Positions 14,357 through 20,000 of a stretch of 20,000 bases of DNA are shown one piece after another; the stretch's first letter is position 1; every line of letters starts with the position of its first letter. The stretch is from an uncultured virus (IMG/VR IMGVR_UViG_3300028840_003224) (lineage: Duplodnaviria > Heunggongvirae > Uroviricota > Caudoviricetes). Where the stretch lies: IMG/VR virus record IMGVR_UViG_3300028840_003224, positions 53,905 to 73,904 of that record; one strand, given 5' to 3'. The position numbers and the translations under genes were made by a program. The notes under the pieces were generated by a model, which was not told the DNA's origin, ran no database searches, and saw only the letters and a list, made by a program, of their open reading frames with translations.

Positions 14357-14868
14357 AACCATTCGACATGCAACTGGTGCTGGGAGAAAGTCAGTTCGAC
14401 TGCATGCTTTCCAGCATCGCTATGGTTACCGACATTGACAAAGAGTACATAAGGACGACACTATGCCCAGAGCTGACCTACCCATTCACGGGCCACTGGA
14501 AGAAACACCCGAAGGTCCCGAGCATGGACGAGGTGTGCGACTGGATCTGGACGACCACTTCCCAGGGCCTTATGCCTTTCAATCGCGACCCTGGATGCAC
14601 GTGTGCCCCTGGGTGCAACGTGGTACCAGTGTGGAAGGACGGGGAAGCCAAGTTCAAGGAACACTTGTCACTTGGCTGGGGACTACTGGAGGGAGTGATC
14701 GACCCGTGGGTGGGTCACGGCCATAAGGCCAGCCCACCCTCCGCTAGCGGCCACATGGTCGCCTGGAACAGCGACGAGGTGTTTGATCCTCGTGGCTACA
14801 AATACCCTTTCGACAAGTGCTCCGAAGTAAACTTCGAGCCGGTCAGATTCTGGTTGCTAATCGTATGA
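14353..14868 (+). CDS. Peptidase C39-like (papain-fold) protein
   Basis: Q...DCMLSSIAM (Cys), GHMVAW (His), VFDP (Asp). Confidence 0.65.
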   Translation: MKPFDMQLVLGESQFDCMLSSIAMVTDIDKEYIRTTLCPELTYPFTGHWKKHPKVPSMDEVCDWIWTTTSQGLMPFNRDPGCTCAPGCNVVPVWKDGEAKFKEHLSLGWGLLEGVIDPWVGHGHKASPPSASGHMVAWNSDEVFDPRGYKYPFDKCSEVNFEPVRFWLLIV

Positions 14869-15548
14869 GCTTGATAAACCTCAGACACTTCCACACCAAC
14901 GTGCGGACATTCAAACACCCTCTCCTGGACCACTGTAAGCCCTACAGGGACTCCGAACTGGACCTGCTGTGTGCGGTGGTGATAGGCTGTCCGGACGAGG
15001 GAGAGAGGCTTGTGCTCGCTCTCAGGTCATGTCTACGCCACATGATCCGTAGGTATCTCGCCAACTTCCCCCAGACCGAGGCCTACTTGGATGACATGGT
15101 CAGTGAAGGGTTTCTGGCAATTTGTGACTTAGTTGAGAATTTAAGCGTTGACTTATTGAATGGGCGGACTATACTTTATGTAGCGTCTCAACGTATTCAA
15201 TCCAGCATTGAGCTGATGCTGAACAAGGTGCAGAGTCTGTCGGCACCATCCAGGATGACTCAGTTCAGACGGGTGAAAGAAGACAAAGACCCAATCTATC
15301 TCAGCCAGACTAGCCTGGACGATGTGGATGTGGATGTGGACGACCAACGCATGATGTTCAACATCCGGGACGTGTACGAAGGTCTGGAGAAGATAGAGGC
15401 ACGTGACTGGCTGGACGCCATGCTGCTGTGTCCGGAGAACTGGGGCAGGACTGAGGCGGATCTGGCGGATGAGTTTGGTATAGGCAAGACCACCATCCAC
15501 CGAAGAAAGAAAGAATTGTACGACGAGTTCCTTAAACTTACGAGGTGA
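14865..15548 (+). CDS. Sigma70-like transcription factor (regions 2 and 4)
   Basis: LDDMVSEGFLAI (region 2.2-like); TEADLADEFGIGKTTIHRRK HTH. Start at ATG 14865. Confidence 0.7.
   Translation: MSLINLRHFHTNVRTFKHPLLDHCKPYRDSELDLLCAVVIGCPDEGERLVLALRSCLRHMIRRYLANFPQTEAYLDDMVSEGFLAICDLVENLSVDLLNGRTILYVASQRIQSSIELMLNKVQSLSAPSRMTQFRRVKEDKDPIYLSQTSLDDVDVDVDDQRMMFNIRDVYEGLEKIEARDWLDAMLLCPENWGRTEADLADEFGIGKTTIHRRKKELYDEFLKLTR
15148..15175 (+). promoter_or_regulatory. Candidate intragenic promoter TTGACT-N16-TATACT
   Basis: AT-rich patch; followed by TTATGTAG, like TTAGGTAG and TTAAGTAG after other promoters. Confidence 0.5.
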
Positions 15549-15550
15549 CG

Positions 15551-16105
15551 ATGAAGAATTTGCTGGCGATACTGAAGTTCACTGTGAAGGCCTCTCTCCT
15601 CCTGGCTCTGGGGTGGATCTTCGCAACCACTCTGTTGGTGGCTGGTCGATCAGAGATTGGTTACAACCAATGGCGCAACCGCGTGCTGCAAGTGCAGTAC
15701 CAGGAAGATCTTGTGCGACAGGTGGCCAAGTCACAGGCCTACTCCCGAGACCTGCTTGGCGCGGTCAAGTCACTTGCCCTGGAGAATGGACTCCTGTGCG
15801 AGCGAGAGAAGAAGACCGGCGAATACGTCTCAGCTCTCAGCGAAGAGAACTCGCGTCTGAAGGCCTCGCTCTCAGAAGCGGTCGCCCGACTGGAGACGCA
15901 GCAGGAGGAGCTGAACGACGCCTATGACTCCATGTTCCGGTTGCAGTTCAAGGTGGGCGTACTGGAGAAGGCTCTAGAGGCTTTGACTAACCCTCCGACT
16001 ATTAAGGAAGGCATTCCTGAGCCAGCCTCGGAACCGACCTTCGATGTGTTCGACGCCTTCGATGTGTTCGACGCCGTTACCCGAATCATTCCGATCTTAC
16101 TCTAA
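15551..16105 (+). CDS. Membrane-anchored long coiled-coil protein
   Basis: GAGGTG RBS; N-terminal TM; heptad pattern. Confidence 0.75.
   Translation: MKNLLAILKFTVKASLLLALGWIFATTLLVAGRSEIGYNQWRNRVLQVQYQEDLVRQVAKSQAYSRDLLGAVKSLALENGLLCEREKKTGEYVSALSEENSRLKASLSEAVARLETQQEELNDAYDSMFRLQFKVGVLEKALEALTNPPTIKEGIPEPASEPTFDVFDAFDVFDAVTRIIPILL
16040..16075 (+). repeat. Perfect 18-bp tandem duplication TTCGATGTGTTCGACGCC x2 (FDVFDA)
   Basis: Copies at 16040-16057 and 16058-16075. Confidence 0.9.
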
Positions 16106-16115
16106 GGAACCACAC

Positions 16116-16520
16116 ATGGCCATGAACCCCAGTGAAATCCCTTCGTTGTCCGAATGCCTCGACCGCTACCTCACCGCTGAGGTTGTGCCGGGCAAGGTGG
16201 AGAACGGCGACCATCGAGTGTTCTACACCTTCACGTTGCCGAGCGACGAGGTGGCTGGCATGACTGCCCAAGAGCTGTTCATGCTGTACCTGCAACCTGT
16301 CATCGAGAACTACATCGCGCCCTGCATCAACAAGCTGGAGCGGGTGTGCACCAAGGCGATGCCTCTCCCAGGAGAGAAAGACAAAGTGATCGGCTTCCGA
16401 TGCTGGCAGGGCAAGATCCCCGTCAACATCTACATCGCCCGCCGACCCAACCCCGACCGACACCAATACATCGTGGAAGCGATGGTTTACCCGAAACCGG
16501 AGACCGCCGATGATGAATGA
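16116..16520 (+). CDS. Hypothetical protein
   Basis: AAGGA RBS then ATG 16116. Confidence 0.75.
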   Translation: MAMNPSEIPSLSECLDRYLTAEVVPGKVENGDHRVFYTFTLPSDEVAGMTAQELFMLYLQPVIENYIAPCINKLERVCTKAMPLPGEKDKVIGFRCWQGKIPVNIYIARRPNPDRHQYIVEAMVYPKPETADDE

Positions 16521-16674
16521 GTACGATAGCCGGGACCTGTCTGACGCCCGCATGGACATCATCAAAGCGTTGCGTTGCTTGACACGTGTGAAGACCAACT
16601 CACCCTCGCGGGAGTTGTCCCTCGCACTAACCAAACTCGAAGAAGCCCAGATGTGGCTGTACAAGGTGAACTGA
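16513..16674 (+). CDS. Acb2/Tad1-like helical hairpin protein (53 aa), not in ORF track
   Basis: GGAG RBS; SRELSLALTKLEEAQMWL; TGATG coupling to the ligase. Confidence 0.75.
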   Translation: MNEYDSRDLSDARMDIIKALRCLTRVKTNSPSRELSLALTKLEEAQMWLYKVN

Positions 16675-17768
16675 TGGCAAGACGAGAATTCCTACAACTG
16701 GCAAAGGTCTTCGAGGAAGGCAAGCACGACCCATCGGGCATGTACGTCTCCGAGAAGCTGGATGGTACACGAGTCCTGTGGGACGGCGGCATCACCCGTG
16801 GCATGCGTACAGAGGATGTTCCCTGGGCTGGTATCATGAACCCGAAGGAACCCGGCGAGCGGAAGAAGAAGATCAAAGAGTTCTCGACCGGTCTGTGGAC
16901 TCGCCTAGGCAACCCAGTGTGCGCACCTGACTGGTGGCTCAACCAACTGCCTGCGATGTTCCTGGACGGCGAGCTGTTCGCTGGTCGTGGTAACTTCCAG
17001 ACGCTGCGGTCTATCACAGGCAAGCACGACGCCAGCGACGACCGGTGGCGAGATGTGAAGCTGGCGGTGTTCGGGGCCCCGTGTCCGACGCAGGTGTTTG
17101 CCCAAGGCGAGATTAAGAACCCCGGCTTCGTGTGTGACATCGACCAGATGACCATTATGAAGTTCGTGCAACGCCGGGCCGACAACGGCTTCCTCGAATC
17201 GTTCGTCCATATCCCAAGTCAGACGTTCGAGCAGGAGCTGCAACTGTTGCAGGCCAGCCTCCCCGCCGAGAGCGACGTCGTCTACCTCCACCAGCACGTA
17301 CTCCTGCCGGGTGACCGATCCAAGGCCGAGGCCAAGATCGACACGATGATGAGTAACGTGCTGGACGTTGGAGGCGAAGGCCTCATGCTGAGACAGCCCG
17401 ACTCGATCTGGCTGCCCAAGCGAGTCAAGGACCTGCTGAAGGTGAAGAAGTTCGCGGACGACCAGGGAACCGTCACAGGCTTCGTGAGTGGCCGCAAGAC
17501 CAACAAGGGTTCCAAGCTGCTCGGTTTGATCGGTGCTCTGATACTGGACTACAACGGCAAGCGGCTGGAGCTGAGTGGGTTCACGGATGAGGAGCGCAGG
17601 TTCGCCACCCCGTTCGACACGAACATCGCTGCGCTAGCCCCTGGTAAGGACATGCCTTCCGGCACCCAGGGCAAGCATTTCAAGATCGGTGACACAGTTG
17701 AATTCAGATACATGGAGCTGAGCGATGATGGAATTCCGAAGATTGCACGCTACTTGCGACAGGTATGA
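16674..17768 (+). CDS. ATP-dependent DNA ligase
   Basis: SEKLDGTR (motif I), LDGELF (III), EGLMLR (IV), LLKVK (V), OB fold ending GIPKIARYLR. Start at ATG 16674. Confidence 0.93.
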   Translation: MARREFLQLAKVFEEGKHDPSGMYVSEKLDGTRVLWDGGITRGMRTEDVPWAGIMNPKEPGERKKKIKEFSTGLWTRLGNPVCAPDWWLNQLPAMFLDGELFAGRGNFQTLRSITGKHDASDDRWRDVKLAVFGAPCPTQVFAQGEIKNPGFVCDIDQMTIMKFVQRRADNGFLESFVHIPSQTFEQELQLLQASLPAESDVVYLHQHVLLPGDRSKAEAKIDTMMSNVLDVGGEGLMLRQPDSIWLPKRVKDLLKVKKFADDQGTVTGFVSGRKTNKGSKLLGLIGALILDYNGKRLELSGFTDEERRFATPFDTNIAALAPGKDMPSGTQGKHFKIGDTVEFRYMELSDDGIPKIARYLRQV

Positions 17769-17991
17769 GCCTGTCGCCTACGAGCGGCGAATAGAGCCCC
17801 GAGAAGACGGCCAGTTCAACGTCATCCTGAGAAGCGGGGATCAGGAGATGGTGTTGGTGCAGCCTACGCTGGCACGTGCTCGCACCCTGCACGACATGAT
17901 GCCGCTCGATGTGTACGAGGGCGACATAGCACCTTGGTCTGTCAACTGCCACTTAGACAAGAGAAAGCCAGTCTATGAGAAACTCATCTGA
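17725..17991 (+). CDS. Hypothetical protein, start uncertain
   Basis: GGAG upstream; fills the gap; overlaps the ligase end by 44 nt. Confidence 0.55.
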   Translation: MMEFRRLHATCDRYEPVAYERRIEPREDGQFNVILRSGDQEMVLVQPTLARARTLHDMMPLDVYEGDIAPWSVNCHLDKRKPVYEKLI

Positions 17992-18340
17992 TGTGAAGGA
18001 CAAAAACATCAGGCTTGAGAACCTCAAATTCCGTGCCCGCGTGGAATACTACAACGGCACCGGAGTAGACTGTGGACTGTTCGAGTCTATCAAGGGTGCG
18101 CAGAAGGTGCTTGAGAAGTACCCTCGCGACGACTGGTGTGAGGCTGACAAGGACGACTATCGGTACAGGGAAGTGGACGAACGAAACAACTGGAGAAAGA
18201 GAAGCAAGTTTTATGTACCTCAAGATCCTATCGATGATCAAGACGGCGATCCCTGTCCGGGAAGCGGCTGCTGCAATGGCAGATCGTTTGGAGAATCTGT
18301 TCCAGGACGAGATGGAGACTACTGGCCAGAAGGCGAATGA
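17975..18340 (+). CDS. Hypothetical protein; C-terminus overlaps next gene
   Basis: Coding-like codon usage in the first two thirds. Confidence 0.55.
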   Translation: MRNSSDVKDKNIRLENLKFRARVEYYNGTGVDCGLFESIKGAQKVLEKYPRDDWCEADKDDYRYREVDERNNWRKRSKFYVPQDPIDDQDGDPCPGSGCCNGRSFGESVPGRDGDYWPEGE

Positions 18341-18470
18341 GCACGCCTACGACGTTGGCTACGAAGACGGTGTGGTGGACGGCAAGGCCGAAGGCCACGA
18401 GGAAGGCTACGAGGAAGGATACGCCGTAGGGCTCGAAGAAGGTGATCAGAACCCGTATAATTATATTTGA
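18213..18470 (+). CDS. Protein with FliH/Yae1-like GxxxG repeats
   Basis: GYEDGVVDGKAEGHEEGYEEGYAVGLEEG; stop inside the next -35 box. Confidence 0.65.
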   Translation: MYLKILSMIKTAIPVREAAAAMADRLENLFQDEMETTGQKANEHAYDVGYEDGVVDGKAEGHEEGYEEGYAVGLEEGDQNPYNYI

Positions 18471-18495
18471 CAGCTCCCATTCCGCATGGTATGAT
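18467..18495 (+). promoter_or_regulatory. Sigma70-type promoter TTGACA-N17-TATGAT with extended TG
   Basis: -35 at 18467-18472; TGG then -10 at 18490-18495; followed by TTAG. Confidence 0.82.
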
Positions 18496-18513
18496 TTAGT
18501 GTGGAGATAACGC

Positions 18514-18792
18514 ATGAAGAACATTATTCGCACGCACCTGATCGGGTTCATCTGGCTGGTTACAGCAGCTGACGTCTGGTGCTGCCAATGGCTTACCGCC
18601 GACATGGAGCTGAACCCACTGGCGCGCATCGTCATGGTCAACTTCGGCATCTGGGCCATGGTGTCCTTCAAGGTGTTCGGCACCTGGATCGCGACCGAGT
18701 GGCTGCGGCACTTACCTCTGTATTTCTCAGTCATCATCGCCCTACTGATGTTGACGTTAGTCCTTGTCCTGTCAGGAGTTATACCGATATGA
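18514..18792 (+). CDS. Small membrane protein, DUF5658-like
   Basis: GGAG RBS; D...T...ELNPLAR...FK pattern; three hydrophobic segments. Confidence 0.7.
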   Translation: MKNIIRTHLIGFIWLVTAADVWCCQWLTADMELNPLARIVMVNFGIWAMVSFKVFGTWIATEWLRHLPLYFSVIIALLMLTLVLVLSGVIPI

Positions 18793-19031
18793 CAACCCAG
18801 TATCTCATCACTTACGAGATGTTCACAAACGAATCAAAGAAGAAGAAGCCGGTATCCGACGTCGCCACCGAGCTGACATTTCTCAACCCCGTCGACTTCT
18901 ATGTGAAGAAGCTGAAGAGTAAGAAGTGGGATGGCTGCGTGATCCTCAACGTGTTCGTCCATGAAGAGGCCGACGTCACGACCCCTGGTTGCGACCAAGG
19001 GGCAGCCAGCTACACAGGGAGCGTCGAATGA
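18789..19031 (+). CDS. Hypothetical protein
   Basis: AGGAG RBS; ATGA overlaps. Confidence 0.7.
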   Translation: MTTQYLITYEMFTNESKKKKPVSDVATELTFLNPVDFYVKKLKSKKWDGCVILNVFVHEEADVTTPGCDQGAASYTGSVE

Positions 19032-19762
19032 GCAGCCCTCACATCGAACTGTTTGAGACATTGGCGACCCAGCCAGACAACCCAGAACCGACGACTGGCC
19101 TCTTGGTGGTGTCGACGCCTCGGTCTGGCTCCACCCTGTTCTGCGACGTGCTGACGAACGACGGGCAGGTGGGTATCGTAGACGAGTGGTTCAACGAGAA
19201 GCACTTTGCCGCGTGGCAAGAGGTGATGAACTATGACACCTTCAGCCTGCCAGAGTACCTGGACTTCGTCACGCGGAAGACAGCTCCCAAAGGCTGCTTC
19301 AGCCTACACGTCCACATCGGACAGCTGCTCCACATCTCCAAAGAGTATGAGTTCGCTGTCGGTGACATGGGCTTCGACCACATGGTGTGGATCTACCGCG
19401 AGGACAAGGTCCAGCAGGCTGTGTCGCTGGCCAAGGCCGTCTCTACCAATCAGTGGAAGAGCACACACGAGGCCAAGGGAGAGCCTGACCTGTCGTTCGA
19501 GAACATCGCCATGCGGCTGGCCACCATCATCGACCAAGACCAATTCTATCGACGTGTGCTGGGCGTCCACACCGACGACGCGTTCGCCTACGAGGACTTC
19601 CGGTCGCTGCCTTGCGGCTCTACCAGCCCGTGGAACAAGACGCTGCACGCACTCGGCCTCAACCCGCTGGCGTCACCACCCGTGCCGAGCACCGAGCGAC
19701 AACGAGACTTCAAGTCTCGCGAGGCCGCACGCGAGTTCCGCAACTACCTTTCTGGAGTATAA
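19028..19762 (+). CDS. Stf0-family PAPS-dependent sulfotransferase
   Basis: STPRSGSTLFC (5'-PSB loop), YREDKVQQAVS (3'-PB), QW, YEDF, RQRD. Start at ATG 19028. Confidence 0.87.
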   Translation: MSSPHIELFETLATQPDNPEPTTGLLVVSTPRSGSTLFCDVLTNDGQVGIVDEWFNEKHFAAWQEVMNYDTFSLPEYLDFVTRKTAPKGCFSLHVHIGQLLHISKEYEFAVGDMGFDHMVWIYREDKVQQAVSLAKAVSTNQWKSTHEAKGEPDLSFENIAMRLATIIDQDQFYRRVLGVHTDDAFAYEDFRSLPCGSTSPWNKTLHALGLNPLASPPVPSTERQRDFKSREAAREFRNYLSGV

Positions 19763-19763
19763 C

Positions 19764-20000
19764 ATGAGAGAGCTGAAAGCCATATCCCCTACGTCGCTGT
19801 TCCAGTGGGAGCGCGACAAGGACGACTTCTACCGCAAGTACCTGTCCGACTACCGGGCTCCGTACGACCCCCAGAGCCGACCGGCCAGCGTGGGCTCGGC
19901 GTTCGATGCTTTCGTGAAGTGCGCGCTGCACCATCACATCTTTGGCAACGATGGCGATGGCGTGTACGAGCTGAAGCGGCTGTTCAACGAGCAGGTGGAT
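19764..20000 (+). CDS. PD-(D/E)xK (RecB/Cas4-like) exonuclease, 3'-partial
   Basis: GGAG RBS; ISPTSL...FYRKY...VGSAFD N-terminal pattern; catalytic motifs fall outside the window. Confidence 0.55.
   Translation, partial: MRELKAISPTSLFQWERDKDDFYRKYLSDYRAPYDPQSRPASVGSAFDAFVKCALHHHIFGNDGDGVYELKRLFNEQVD

Noticed and set aside
2617..19937. Long minus-strand ORFs (e.g. 2617-3552, 11128-12225, 13638-14282)
   Set aside because: Antisense shadows of GC3-rich + strand genes; no motifs or RBS
1..20000. Stop-codon reassignment
   Set aside because: Genes tile densely under the standard code; TAA, TGA and TAG (12902-12904) all end genes; no suppressor tRNA seen

Overview
A 20 kb piece of a tailed-phage genome: dense, co-oriented + strand genes with stop/start overlaps, standard genetic code, no structural genes. 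Recognisable proteins are a NUMOD4-HNH endonuclease abutting a family A DNA polymerase (with a CxxC-CxxC thumb insertion and a non-canonical motif B), a radical SAM enzyme, a VRR-NUC nuclease, a HAD 5'(3')-nucleotidase, a C39-like peptidase, a sigma70-like protein, an unlisted 53-aa Acb2/Tad1-like protein, an ATP-dependent DNA ligase, an Stf0-type sulfotransferase and a partial PD-(D/E)xK nuclease. The most unusual part is the RNA cluster at about 6.5-8.6 kb. Besides four tRNAs (Asn, Met/CAT, Glu, His) it holds two tRNA-like RNAs with collapsed anticodon arms, a tandem pair of about 95-nt structured RNAs (covarying four-way junction with complementary kissing loops, each followed by ATTGAAAC), further tRNA-mimic or structured RNAs, a chain of minigenes, and an 80-aa ORF resembling a stand-alone PolA fingers (O-helix) subdomain. 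A family of sigma70-type promoters recurs, with the -35 box overlapping upstream stop codons. All calls come from manual motif reading and hand folding; no searches were run.
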